A program made the translations under genes and the position numbers. Below, piece after piece: positions 13,204 to 26,642 of a DNA stretch of 64,000 nt. Position 1 is the first letter of the stretch; every line of letters starts with the position of its first letter. The notes beneath the pieces are model-generated. The model saw nothing but the letters and a program-made list of their open reading frames with translations, searched no databases and was not told the origin of the DNA. This DNA comes from Dipteris shenzhenensis (Eukaryota). The stretch lies in NCBI GenBank assembly GCA_047967505.1, contig CM106538.1; one strand, given 5' to 3'.

Positions 13204-15541
13204 TGATGGAAATATAACTAACTTTGCATGAAATGGAAGACAAGGTGAATGCATAAAATGACAAATATATTAGTGAAGATAACAAAGAACTCTGCTTAAT
13301 GACCGACTCGTATACTTCTTTATTGCAAGTAGCTGATGCGCAATCAGAGAAATAACACTCTCAGAGAACAATCAACTTGTCCATGCATGTCTCCTCAGGT
13401 CAACTGACCTTGTTGGAGCTCACAATCGTGGCAAACTTCTACTCTACTATCTACTCTATATCTATCTCTAGGACCGCGACTCTCATAATGCACACAAGAC
13501 CATCAACAAGTCGGATGTAGCAAGGAGCCAAATGATGACCCATGGTCATAGAAGCCAAAAACCACGAGAGTCTTCAAAGGGCCATGACCATGTCCACTGA
13601 GAGTCACAAAGTTGCCACATACTATTGCATGCAGAGGCAACCAATCACACAAGCAGATTGCATGGGCCAATCTCATGGCTTGATTCGTGCCACCCAACCA
13701 ATCCCGTGATGCTAGGATGAGCTTCCAAGCTCCAAGATACCCCCCCTCGACCAAAATGGGGAGATAACAGATACATGTAAACAATCGCCAACTCTCAAAG
13801 AGCTTAATCAGAACTAACAAAAATTTCCACAAAGGAATCAATGCTCACAAAGAGCTACACCAACAGCAGTGCACAAAGAACGTCAACTACTATCAAAAAG
13901 TGCTTCTCAGAGAGCATGATAGATGATACTGCTCTATTCGAAATCAAAATGCCCAATGTTGGTCACTCAAATGATCCGCTTCCACTAGCATAGATGTGTC
14001 TTGTTTGTCTTCCTTTCCCTGAACTAAAAGTGCTTTGCCTTTCTCTAGCTTTAGAATTTCATCTCGCTATTTTGTAAAGTAGTATCGCTCTATATGTCCT
14101 TCCTTACCACAGTAGTTACACGTTCAAAGATCTCGACTTTGCTTCTTCTTCTTATCAATCACTGCAAATACTCTTGGGTCATAGATGCTTGAATTCGTGT
14201 GCTTCTCCTCGCTGAGTAGCATCCTAATAAAGTCTAGAAAATCCATGTCCTCATCAAGCCTTAGAATTCTCACTGTCTCCTCGTACTAATCAAGTGGTAG
14301 GCTCTTTAGTAGAATTGTCTTTTTGTCTTCATCCTCCACCTTAGCTCCAAGATCATTAAGTTGTTTGAGCAAACTCTGCATCCTGTTCAGAAACATGACC
14401 AAATTCTCTCCCTCGAGCATCTTTAAGTAAAAAATATCTTGTTTCAAATTTGCCTTTGAGTGCTTCATGTGAACTCAGAAAAGAGTTTCCAACATCTACC
14501 AGTTTTCCGCTGTTGTTGACACCTTCACATCAAGGTGATGGAAAAATTCAAGCACAAGAGCATCTCCCATGTAGCTGACTATCTTCTCATTTTTAATCTC
14601 TTCTCTGCTTCAGAAGTATTTCCTTTTGGTTTCTTCTCTATTCCAACAACAACTCCCCATAGTTCTTTTTGCATAAACAATAAACGGGTGGCTAGTTGCC
14701 ACCATGATGGGAAATTCTTACCACTAAAGGTGATGAGGGAAATCCCACGACTAGCCTTCTCTCTATGTGTTGTATCCATCTTAGTGATGCAGGTGATTCA
14801 ATCAAACACAGAAGTAGACTTCAGCTAATATATCTAATGATGATTTCAAGACTCTCTTTAACCTTGGCTTCCTTATCTTTTTCAGAACAGTGATTGCTTT
14901 TAAGCTAGAATACTTCAACATGTATAGGAGCTCCCAAGAACAGTGTCCTGGCTCCTGATACCACTGATGGAAATATAACTAAAGTTGCATGAAATGGAAG
15001 ACAAGGTGAGTACATAAAATGACAAATATATTAGTGAAGATGATAGAGAACTCTGCTTGATGACCGATCCATATACTTCTTTATTACAAGCGGCTGATGC
15101 ACAATCAGAGAAATAACACTCTTAGAGAACAATCGACTCGTCCATCTACGTCTCCTCAGGTCGACCGACCTTGTTGGAGCTCACAATCATGGCAAACTTC
15201 TACTCTACTATCTACTCTATATCTATCTCTAGGACCAACTCTCATAATGCACACAAGACCATCAACAAGTGGGTTGAAGGACATAGCAAGGAGCCAAATG
15301 ATGACCCGTGATTGTGGAATCCATAAACCATGAGAGTCTTCAAAGGGCAATGACCACATCCACTGAGAGTCACAAAGCTGCCATGTACTATTGCATGTAT
15401 AGGCAACCAATCACACAAGCAGATTGCACAGGCCAATCTCATGGCTTGATTTGTGCCACCCAACCAATCCCATGATGCTACAAAACCTTAAGACAAGGGA
15501 TTCCTCCACATGAGGTTGATCTTCCAAGCTCCAAGGCAACA
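13204..15541 (-). mobile_element. Non-autonomous gag-only LTR retrotransposon (TR-GAG-like, Copia-type gag)
   Basis: LTRs 13204-~13740 and 14965-15541; perfect 5-bp TSD CCTTC (13199-13203, 15542-15546); PBS TGGTATCAGGAGC on minus strand at 14951-14963; PPT at ~13740-13749; ~1.2-kb interior with gag only. Confidence 0.9.
14070..14779 (-). pseudogene. Degenerate Copia-type gag with CCHC zinc knuckle
   Basis: FSGKNFPSWW...KELWGVVVG; LKMLEGENL..FLNRMQSLLKQLNDLG..LLKSLP; CNYCGKEGHIERY at ~14080-14120; frameshifts and stops. Confidence 0.85.
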
Positions 15542-15953
15542 CCTTCTTCCCTTAATCCCTTCTCTTTTCTCTTTCTTCTCTTTTCTCCATATTCGACCTT
15601 TCCTTTTTCCCTTTTCTCTTTTCTCTTTTCTTCCTTCCCTCTCTTTTCCTTTTCTCATTTTCTCTTTTCTCTTTTAACTTTTCTCCTTTCTCCTTTTCCT
15701 TCCTTTGTTTCAAAATTTATGTATGTTTAATTAATTGAATTTATAGTGAATGTTAGGCTTTATAAATGTATGTTTTTTAAAAATAGACTTGAAACATATG
15801 CTTTCCCTTTCTTTTAAAACAAATGTGTGTTTAATATGTTGAATTTGCAAGGCCTATAGGTTTGAAGCATATGCATATGTTAAGCATATGCTTTAAAGCT
15901 TTAAGCTTTAAGCTTATGCTTCAAATCTTTATGCATATGCATAAAGCTTTAAG

Positions 15954-16145
15954 ATAAGATATGGTGGATACAAAGGTGTTGTGGCTGTTGATCCAACATC
16001 ATGCCACAAGTTTTTTTTGAGGCGAAGCATGAGAAAGTTTTCATCATCACTTGTTTCTCTTGATATTCTTGATTGGACTCGCTTCCTACCCTGCTATCTT
16101 AATCAACAGATTATAACCCTTTTGTCTACCTTGGGAGTAGAAGAT
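15954..16145 (+). pseudogene. Fragment of eukaryotic RNA-dependent RNA polymerase (RDR1/2/6 clade)
   Basis: Translates IRYGGYKGVVAVDPTSCHKFFLRRSMRKF...LDILDWTRFLPCYLNQQIITLLSTLGVED, matching the RDR motifs IRYGGYKGVVAVD and LNRQIITLLSTLGV. Confidence 0.9.
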
Positions 16146-18137
16146 TTATATCCCACTTCATCTGCAAAGTGCTCCAGCACCAACCATCCTACCAACACAG
16201 TGCATGCAAGGAGAGAAATACGAAAGACTCTCTCAATTAAGATAGCAAGGTAGGAAGGGATTCCATTCAAGAATATCAAGAGAAACAAGTAATTGAAAGC
16301 GAATCTGAAGCCCTTGCCACCTCTAACACTCAAGATCCTGACCCTTAAAAGAAAGTCCAATCTCAAAAAGAACAGGGACCCAGTCATGGTGGCAGCGAGG
16401 TAACATTGCAAGTTACTCTGCCACTACTATCGCCCACCTAGGAATGCCATGAATATCAAGTACAAGTAGCTATTCTCTATGCTTAATGCCACTTCAATAG
16501 TAATAACTGGCATCTCAAAAAGATCAAAGCAAGGTATGGATCTTTGATCACTCTGATGTGGGCATCCCCACCTAAGAGGAGGACATGATGCCATCCATCA
16601 CCTCAGCTCCCAGGCCTTAATCCACCTCTCTAACCATAGCATCCCCCCACAAGCGCTGGGTCACCACCAAGCTCTTGGAAAACCAGGGTAGTCACAAAGG
16701 CAAGCAAGACATCTCGGTATAGAAGTTTGGATCCCAACATGCAGGGCTTCAGAAGGTAGTAAAACAAGAACCAGTGTCAACCCTGGATGCAGTACCACAA
16801 GAGCTTACTAGACCATCCAAGTAAAGGGATGGACTAGTTCCTAAACTAGCTCAATTGTTGGGAAAAAATGCTTGAAATGTAGAAATGGTATGTGCACTGC
16901 ACTTTTCACAACTCATTGGAGTAGCTAGGCTTATAGAGTACATAGAATTAGGTAGATGGGTGTAGGAATTGTGGACTAAAAGTGTTTGTCTACTTGTCAT
17001 ACTAATGTGCATTTTACCAATACATAGTCTTTATTTCATCTTGTTCTTGAAATGATTATTTTTTCAGCAAATGAGATAATTGTGTCCTTAGGCAAATTAG
17101 TAATGGTACATTTTGAGTGGCTTATCTTACCAACGAGGTATGAAATTATGAAACATCTATTTTGGGATGGATTCAACTAAGTAATCTATCATAGCTCCTA
17201 TGGTCGACCCATCTTATATAGAGATTGTTGATCATGGTTGTTTGTGTTGATTTCATTTTGAAATTTTGCTATTAGCAACTAGGATAGCTGGACATGATTG
17301 GGAACACATCTTGTTGGCCCAACTTCCACATTGAAAACCATTCCCAGAGCTTCTCACTCAGTGGTGCCAGATTCATGGGCCAGTGGATAATCAAAGCAAT
17401 TCTAGAACCAAACTCAGCATGGGCTACATTGATCCTCCAATATATAGGCAAAGTCAAGTTTAGAGAATGAAGAAATGTTGGGATTATCAGGATCACCTCC
17501 CTACCTTTAAGCCCCCAAATGAGGACTTAGGGAGGTAGATCAGGAGCCTAGGAGAAATGCCACATGAACAAAGAAAGGGTTGCCATAGAGGTAGATCTGG
17601 TATGGCATGCAAGGATGCCACATGGCCAGCATGCAAGCAGCCATGTGGGTAGCATGGACAATAAAGGATTTTGTTAGAAAGCTGTACAAAAGTCTATGAC
17701 ACACTAGAGGCTTGGCCTCCCAAGACAATGTCTTCAATGGAGGCAAATGGGGAGAGCCTATCCCCATATGATAGGCAAGGACTCCACCCACATAGCCTTG
17801 CCCAAACCAGTAGTGCGAGGGTCAATAGGACGCACCCCACCATCCGATTCAACATCAATAGAGCCACATGCCCCTTAGGTGGAGCCCTTTGAGGGGTGTA
17901 GAGCAAAGTGGACTGGAGAAAGCCAAGCAAGAGGGCTGCAAAGAACCATAAACACCACACACCTTGTTGCCAACAGGCGAGCATGGGGTCCCCTCCAACC
18001 ACTCCTACCCATGGGATTCATACAAAGAGCGGGCCATCAAGACGCTCCCAGTAACTTGAAGGAGAGGTCTTCATTGGATCTCTTGGTTGTTGACAATATC
18101 TCAAAGTTCCCAGTCGCGGCTCAGGAGACCACATAGG

Positions 18138-18489
18138 TGTGAAGATAGTGGGAGAGAGGGAAGGAGTCTCACTTGAGGCTTTCTCACAATCACAATGGGG
18201 GAATACACACAAAGGTGGAGGCTGAAAACAGTTTTCCTCTTCTTAGTTGTGAAAGCCAAAAGAACTCTAGTACAAAGAAATAGAAGAACCCTATATGTGG
18301 GTCTCAAACCAAACTCAACTAACTAAGGTGGCATACTAATTGAGCCACAAGCTAGAGTAGATAAGGATAGCTGTCATCCAGCTATTATTCGTGGGCGGTG
18401 TACCAACCGCATCTGTAGCTAACAAGTTGGTGACATAAATGCACAACGGTCACCCTGGCACATCACGAGTGGAGCTCAATATCTCAACA
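18138..18489 (-). repeat. 3' LTR of Copia element
   Basis: 9 mismatches in 352 bp against 23357-23708 (hand count); preceded on minus strand by PPT GAGGGGGAG (18490-18498). Confidence 0.97.
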
Positions 18490-21400
18490 CTCCCCCTCGA
18501 GCTCAATCCCAATTCCTGCACACCAAGCAAGTCTCTGAACTTGCGCAGCTTCTCTGTGCCCAATGCTTTCGTGAATATGTCAGCTACCTGATCCTCTGTG
18601 CTGACATAAACTAGATCAATAAGACCTAGTAAAACCTTCTCCCGCACATAGTGATAATGCACCTCAATGTGCTTTGTTCTAGCATGAAAGACTGGGTTCT
18701 TTGCCAAGTGTATACTGCTCATGTTGTCACAATAAATGACAACCGGCCCATCTGTAGACTGATGCATATCATAAAGTAGCTTATGCAACCAAGCTACCTC
18801 ACATGCAGCCATTGCTGCACCCCTGTACTCAGCCTCTGTGCTCGACAAGGCAACTGTAGGCTATTTCTTGCTGCTCCAAGTGACTGCAGCACTCCCAAAA
18901 GAGAACACATATCCACTGGTAGATAGTCTATCAGAAATACTACTAGCCCAATCAGCATCAGTGTATCCATGCAACGGTATCTGAACCCCAGCCTCATAAA
19001 ATAGTCCATACTGCAATGTGGACTTCACATACCTGAGTATGCATCTAGCCGCATCCAAATGCGGTTTCCTTGGAGCCTGCATAAACTAACTTACCAACCC
19101 AACAGCATAGCTCAAATCTGGCCTGGTAATAGTCATGTAAATCAAACTTCCTACTATGCGTCTGTACATAGTAGGGTCTTCCAGAAGCTCACCTGCATCT
19201 GTGCTCAGCTTCACATTCTGCTCCAAAGGAACTGAAATAGGCTTACAGCCTGTCATCCTATATTTGGACAGCATGTCCAGTCCATACTGCCTCTGCAAGA
19301 GCTGTATCCCACTTGGTGATCTAATCACCTCAATGCCCAAGAAATAACTCAGCTCTCCCAAATCCTTCAGCTCAAACTTCTGCCTCAATAGCATTTTCAC
19401 ATGAAGGATATCTTCATCACTATCACCTGTGATGATCAAATCATCAACATAAATGACAAGCAGCATAATCCCTTTCTCTGTTTTTCTCACATAGAGTGAG
19501 AAATCTACCTTGGAAATCTGAAAGCCAATAGTGACAAGATACTGTCCTATCTTGTCAGACCATGCTCTAGGTGCTTGCTTCAAGCCATACACGGCTTTCT
19601 TCAACCTGCAAACAAACTCAGGATAAATAGCATGAACATAACCTGTGCTGGCTGCTCCATAAAGACCTCTTCTTGCAAATCACCATGCAAGAAGGCATTC
19701 TTTACATCCATCTGATGTAAAGACCATCCCTTTGATGCAGCCATAGCAATGGCTGCTCTTACGGTTGCCATCCTTGCAACCGGGCTGAAAGTTTCTTCAT
19801 AATCAATGCCATATGTCTGTGCATACCCCTTGACAACTAATCTTGCCTTGTATCTATTCATAGAACCATCTGCATTGTGCTTGATCTTATAAACCCACTT
19901 ACAGCCAATTGCATTCTTGTCTTTAGGCAAAGGCACCAATTCCCATGTAGCATTTGCATCCAAGGCATCCATTTCTCCATCCATGGCTTTCTCCCATTTT
20001 TCAGTTCCCATGGCTTGCTCAAAAGAAGTGGGTTCTGGTTCCTGTATCACTTTGACCATATAGGCATAGTGAATGGCTGTAAATCCATCATATTTCAGCC
20101 TATCCACAGGATACCTAACCCTGGTAGACCTGTGCAAAATAGGCTCACTTCCAGGTGCTCTCAAAACATCCCTGGTCTTCCTTACTGTAGGTGTAACAAC
20201 AGAAGGAATACCCAACTCATCATCAATGCTCTGCTCTGAGCCACTGGATTCACCATCCACATAAGAGTGACCTGCATTCACATCAAACATGGGCTGATCT
20301 ACCTTCTCTTTTCCTTTTTGTGATACCTGCGCACCACTATCTGCATTGCTTTGAGGAGATTCTCTTGATCTCAATCTACCTGTCCATGGCAAGGTATGTC
20401 AACCACTACTAGAGGACACTGTAGGTCCACTGATATTTTGTGATTGCTGCTGTGAATTCTGTGCAGCATTACCATTTTGTGCATCTACATCAATCATCAC
20501 ATTTACTGGTTTATACCAGCTGCTCATCTCATCAAAAACAACATCTCTGCTCACTGTAAAATTACGAGTAGAGGTTATAGCATCTATACCCTTTCTGCTG
20601 CAGAGAATAACCAATAAAGATGCACTTCTCAGCTTTTGGATCCAACTTGGACCTCAACTCATCTGGCACATGAACATAGGCAATGCAACCAAAAATTTTC
20701 AAATGAGAAATGTCTGGTTTCCTACTAGTATACATCTCCTCTGGCGTCATGCCATGTATTGCTACAGTGGGAGTCCTGTTCATTATATAAACTGCTGTAG
20801 CAACTGCTTTAGCCCAATAATATTCTGGTAGATCTTTTTCATTTAGCATGGCCCGAGATACCTCTCCAATATGCCTGTTTTTCCTTTCTGCAATTCCATT
20901 TTGTTGTGGGGTATGACTGCATGAATATTGTTGCTTTATGCCATGCTCCTGCAGGAACCTTGCAAACTCATTTGAGAGGTACTCTCCCCCTCCATCTGAC
21001 CTTAGGCATTTTATTTGCAGGCCTGTTTCTTTTTCAACCATAGCTTTAAAAGCTTTGAAGTGCCCAAACACTTCACTTTTCTTTTTCATAAAATACACCC
21101 AAAGTTTTCTGCTGAAGTCATCAATAAATGTGACAAAATAGTGACAGCCACCAATAGATGCAGCTTTAGTAGTCCACACATCAGAGTGGATTAATTCCAA
21201 TGGCTTTTTACTCTCTTGAACATGCCTAGGAAAAGGTTTCCTTGCCTGTTTCCCAAATTGACAGGCTTCACAAACCTTGTGCATTTCTGCAACCTTGAAT
21301 TTAGGCAATCCTGCAACAATATTTTGGGCTTGCATTGATTTAAGTCGCTGTATATTAACATGACCAATGCGTTTGTGCCAGATATCAATATCTACAACTA

Positions 21401-22813
21401 CACCGGTCCCATGTGCAAACATTGCTGCACTCAATTCAGGCATGTCCGCATCCAACGTAAACATCCTGCCCTTCTTCTTTCCTTTTGCTATCAAGCGACC
21501 ATTATTTTTCATATCCTCAACAAAGCATCCATGAGGATTAAATCGACCTGCAAGTCCTGCTCAACCATCTGACCAACAGAAACCAGGTTCTTGGTGATGT
21601 TCGGGACATGAAATACATCAGACAAGTATTTCTTTTTCCCATCCTGCATAGACAAAGGAATTTTGCCAATCTGCACAATAGGATGTGCAGTATCATCACC
21701 AGTCTCCACAAATCCTAGTTTTTCCATTTTCCTTGCATCCTGCATCCATTCAGCATGACCTGTCATGTGGTTTGACGCACTTGAGTCAACATACCACACA
21801 TCATTGCTTTCTTCTGCACTTGTCACAGAATTTTTCATATGTTGCACCATAAACAAATGCTCATTTCTATCATCACCCTGTCTACTAGAAGATGCATAAT
21901 TGCCTTGCTGCAATTTTCCATTCATAATGTCATTCTGCTTTTTGTAGCAGTCTTTAGCCATATGCCCCATTTTACCACAATAGTAGCATTCAACATTGCT
22001 GTTTGCATTTTGGCCTCTCTGCCATCCACCACGACCTCTTTGGCTCCCCCTGCCTCCAGAGTTACCATGTCCTCCTGCATAGGACTGGTTTTCTTGCATT
22101 TGCTGCATATTCTGATTTCTACCATGGCCTGCAGATCGGCCTCCTCTACCTCTGCCTCTACCTCTGCCAGCATTTGAGTAGAAGACAGTTTCTTTTGAAG
22201 TTCCTGCTGAAGAAGATGCACCACCATTTCTCTGCTCTTTAGAAATTAAAAGAGCAATCAACTCCTCAAAATCAGGAAATTTTTCACGGACGGCAATGGA
22301 TGTCCGGAACTGTGCATAATCCTTTCCTAGACCATTCAAGGTCATAGAAACTAAATCATCATCATCCACAGGCGACCCAATGGAAGCAAGTGCATCCGCA
22401 ATTTTCTTCACCTTCATGTGGTAGTCATTGATGCTCATATTTTCTCTCTGCACATTGTGCAGCTCCTGCTTGAGTTGCATTTTCCTGGCTTGCATATTTG
22501 TGCTGTACATTTTTGCCAAAGTATCCCATGCCTCCTTTGGCATACTTGCATCCTGAATATGCACAATCATGGAGTCCGAAATACTAATAGACAGCCAGTA
22601 CATAACTTTCCTAGCTCTCTCATGCCATCCTTTGAATGCCTACATTTCCTGGTTATTGGGAACATTAGGAAGAACAGGTTCTTCTTCATTTCCTGTAATG
22701 AACTCCCAATAGCCTTTTCCCATCAAGAAATTCGTCATTCTAAACTTCCATGCCTGGAAGTTGTTCTTGTCAAGCTTTTCAGTGACAATCTATGAAAGAG
22801 AATCAGATGCCAT
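18450..22813 (-). pseudogene. Copia gag-pol polyprotein with premature stops and frameshifts
   Basis: ATG at 22813; gag (KLDKNNFQAWK), CYYCGKMGHMAKDC knuckle, WYVDSSASNHM protease, WHKRIGH/CEAC, integrase (LIHSDVW, LRSDGGGEY, QQNGIAERKNR), RT (IYVDD), RNase H (DADW, YCDN, KHIEVHYH). Confidence 0.97.
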
Positions 22814-23344
22814 TACAGAACACTGCAAAATATTCTGTCACTGCAAAAAACACAGCTTTTGCCTCACACGGGCAGATCTGCAAAACTGACGAAAGTGCTA
22901 TTTCACCACACAGTCACTTCCTAGTGACGATTTTGCATCAACAGGCAACAAGCATGAATCTGCAACTCCCAATATCTCTGCACACAGGCATGCGATGCAA
23001 TTTCTGCGGCAACTTTTCACCGACTAGCCGAGCAGTGGTCGCACAGCAAAAACAGGGCCTCTTCCTGAGTGCCTGCGGAGAACTTCCGCCTCCAAAACAG
23101 GCCCCGAAATGACCTCGAATCAGAAAAATAAAGTCACCTAGGGCTATGCCCTATCCTGCAGCATATAATGCCCTCTCGCCACACCACGAAGGGCGTCTCA
23201 ATCTGAGACAGTGCACTCTTGCACTTCCGGCTATGCTACCTGCAGAGATTTGCTCCCAAACTCGAAAAAGGAAAGCAACACTGGTCCTCTTACCAGGACA
23301 CTGCGAACTTGGTTTGCTTTCTTGAGCTCCTTACCACGAACAAG

Positions 23345-23356
23345 GCTCTGATACCA
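23345..23356 (-). promoter_or_regulatory. Primer binding site (tRNA-iMet)
   Basis: TGGTATCAGAGC on minus strand directly after the 5' LTR. Confidence 0.95.
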
Positions 23357-23708
23357 TGTGAAGATAGTGGGAGAGAGGGAAGGAGTCTCACTTGAGGCTT
23401 TCTCACAATCACAATGGGGGAATACACACAAAGGTGGAGGCTGAAAACAGTTTTCCTCTTCTTAGTTGTGAAAGCCAAAAGAACTCTAGTACGAAGAAAT
23501 AGAAGAACCCTATATGTGGGTCTCAAATCAAACTCAACTAACTAAGGTGGCATACTAACTGAGCCACAAGCTAGAGTAGATAAGGATAGCTGTCATCCAA
23601 CTATTATTCGTGGGCGGTGTACCAACCGCATCTGTAGCTAACAAGTCGGTGACATAAATGCACAACGGTCACCCTCGCACATCGTGAGTGGAGCTCGATA
23701 TCTCAACA
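23357..23708 (-). repeat. 5' LTR of Copia element
   Basis: Direct repeat of 18138-18489. Confidence 0.97.
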
Positions 23709-24725
23709 ATAGAGCCTTTGTTACCATCATTCAACCACTGCACCTCTGCCTCCCTCACATCCTCTCACCTCCCTGCCCCCCCAATATTCGGGCTCCTCCT
23801 GCACCCTCCTCCCCCCAACTACTATAGTAACACAGCCATTAATCACCCTCACCACATGCCCCCCACCCATCCCTTCTCTCTCACCTCCCCCCCCCACCTC
23901 CCCAAGAGTCTCATGTTCTCCCTCTCCTCACCTCTTCCTCTCCAATTTTGCAATTGCCCCCCTCACCTAGGCCCTCTGGTTAGAGCATGGCTATTTCACC
24001 ACCATAACCCCAACCTTGTCCGAGCATGACTACTATGCAATTGGCACAAGAGGCTTTCCGTTATCAAATCCCTTCCCAAGGCAGCCACTCTCACAAGAGT
24101 TTTGGAGGTGAGGCCTTGGACTATCTTGATGTATTAGATGACTACCGCATCACATTGGAGATGTCAATCTTGATTTTGTAACCTCGAAAGGGGGTCTATG
24201 TGAGTAGTTGGGAGCCCATACTATCCTTTCTGAAATTTCAACTTTGCAGCCACATGAGGAGAACTAGACCCCCTTCTAACCTTATGATGTGAGGACCAAA
24301 CGTTTTGTATGATGGAGGAGTGGATGGGATAGCAAGGGAAGGAGTTGTATATCACCCACAGTCACACAACCCCTTTTCAGCTCGCTTTCTCCTGAGACAG
24401 GAAGAGATTGGGTCTAGCACTAGAGGCGATCCATTTGTGGGTAGAGCAACAACTCAGGAAAGCCACACACTGGCCGTTGGATCAGTGCATCGACCGACTA
24501 GGAGTGGAGCCCTCTCCCTCTTTCTTAGGACTTCCCCCTGAACTATGATCTGCCCCTTTGCACATTTAAGGCCACATCTTGCTTGTTGCCATCCATAGAC
24601 TTCCGTTTAATCTCCTCAGCCAACAAGCTACCCACAACATCATCAAACTTTAGTACTCCACCAGGTGTATAGTTACTGATAGCTATACAAAAGGTATCCC
24701 ATGAGGATCGCAAAGAACACAATAC

Positions 24726-24728
<3 letters not shown>

Positions 24729-24757
<29 letters not shown>
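24729..24757. repeat. (TA)n microsatellite
   Basis: Direct reading. Confidence 0.95.
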
Positions 24758-24759
<2 letters not shown>

Positions 24760-26427
24760 CCGATAGCTTTACGTAATGCTCCAAGTCAATTGTCGAATCT
24801 AAAACTGACAATTCCGTCTGTGTTGCTTGCATCTTTTTCCTTAATGTTTGATAGCTACTATGAGCATGTTCTCATGGCAAACTTTGTCCCTTTTAGCCTT
24901 TTCCATCCCTTAGGGGATGGTTTTCTCCACCTCTAGTTTCCCTTGTCAAGTTTCACGTTTGTAGCATAGTTTTGTCAATCAAGTGTTGAAATTTCACAAT
25001 GCCACATGAATGCATTTAATTCTACACAATCTTATCTTAGGTACTGTGTGTTTTTTACAACACCACATGGCATTATAAACCAATTTCGGATATTTGGAAA
25101 GCTCCACCATTGTGTGGGTGAAGGAAAAGTTATCAGGTCCCTTGGAAACATGTTTGAGTTGGGTTGCATATGTGTGGGTTGGAGTCAATTGACTCTAAGG
25201 AATGTAGGGTTATGGAAAGAAGATTGCAACATTCTTTTTTGTGCAAGAAAAGAAATTTTTATTGAAGAAAAAGAATAAAAACTGTGAGGAAGCTAGTCTA
25301 TGTGGCATCTCGCAAGACATTGCAACCCACACCCAATTTTTGAAACATTGACTATGATAGTCGAGTACATCTAGCCACAACTTATAGCTAGTTGAAATTT
25401 TAAAATGGGTAATTGGATTACAATTAATACGAAACTCATTGTTGTTAAAGCCTTTAATAAGAAGGCCTTAGTTTAGAAACCAAGTGGGTGCCTGAATTTC
25501 ATGTGGGATTTTTTTTTAAATCCCTCGGGCCTTACTCTCAAGTAGGGGTGAGCAGGAAATTCAGTTTTGCAGGTGAGCTCAAACAACAACAATGTGGCTG
25601 GAGTCCTACATGCTGTTATAATGCTAGCCAATTTCCACTTGGAGTTTTAACTTTGATTTGCCATCGTGCTCGATGAGCTCTTTTTGGCCTACCATGGGTA
25701 GATCTTAGTAAAGGTTGTGGTTTTGAGATAGGAAAAATAAAATTACTATTATTATTTATGCTCCCTTAAGTGTTAATTTGTGGTTGGTGCACTTGTTGGG
25801 GGATTCATTGTTATTTCGGGTGTTCTAAATTCCTAGTTATTTTGGGTGTTTGGGTGCTCCCAACCTTGGAAAAGACATTGATGATTTGGGGTCCCTTTTT
25901 ATAACTTTGCACACTCTTTCCATTTAACCCTAGGGCCTCCAACTTCATGCTTTCACTCACACAAAGGCATGCCTAATGAATGATAAATATATCATTCACC
26001 TTGTTCAATTTTTGGGATGGGCAGGGAATTGATGTACGAGTGATCAACAAACTGTGGCCAATCAAATTTAAATGATGAGAGACAACCTTGCAAGGTTTTG
26101 CAAAAGGTTTGAATGAATTGATTACGATGTTTGACCAAGAGATACATCCAAAGTCAACACAGACGGTGGATCATCGACTGTGAATCCGACGACGATGTCG
26201 TCGAAATTTATGTGAATTCATACCGCGCAACACAATTCGAATACGATGCGGCCATCGATCGGCTATCGCCATCCCTGATGCCTCCAACAATTGTCGGCAC
26301 GATGCTGGGCAATCGCTCAAATCAAACGTAGATGGAAGCAAGGAAACCGACCAACCATAGAAAACCAAGAAATCCGGATGTAGACAGCAGCGTAAGACTC
26401 ACAACTCACAACCAACGAAAATGAGGC

Positions 26428-26509
26428 TAAAAATCGGCAGAAATCGGCAGAAATCGACAGAAACCGGTTAAAAATCGGCAGAAATCGGCAGAAATCGACA
26501 GAAACCGGT
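26428..26509. repeat. Perfect 41-bp tandem duplication of 10-bp AAATCGGCAG subunits upstream of the transporter gene
   Basis: TAAAAATCGGCAGAAATCGGCAGAAATCGACAGAAACCGGT x2. Confidence 0.95.
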
Positions 26510-26642
26510 GAAAGCTTCATCACAAATTTGCCGTCGTCCGCTCAACTCTCAGTTCATCTGCTTAGAACAAATTAGCAATGGCGAACATCTCACCTTGAGC
26601 GAGGTTCTCACACCATAGCCATCCGTCTCCAAGAACCTGGCT

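Larger units (their letters stand above)
18138..23708 (-). mobile_element. Full-length Ty1/Copia LTR retrotransposon (mutated)
   Basis: 352-bp LTRs with TG...CA ends; TSD ATAGG/ATAGA (1 mismatch); PBS; PPT; domain order gag-PR-INT-RT-RH. Confidence 0.98.
17270..24660 (+). mobile_element. Degenerate LINE ORF2 C-terminal region interrupted by the Copia insertion
   Basis: ARFMGQWIIKAILEPNSAWATLI at ~17365-17435 resembles WIIKAILNPQCYW of the minus-strand LINE; zf-RVT-like DRLG..C...HL..C at ~24490-24590. Confidence 0.5.

Noticed and set aside
12866-13285. Lys/Gly/Glu/Arg-rich and Phe/Pro-rich ORFs
   Set aside because: Translations of the (TTTCCC)n microsatellite
15850-15950. Palindromic GCATATGC/AAGCTT-rich tract before the RDR fragment
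   Set aside because: Low-complexity self-complementary repeats with no defined element ends
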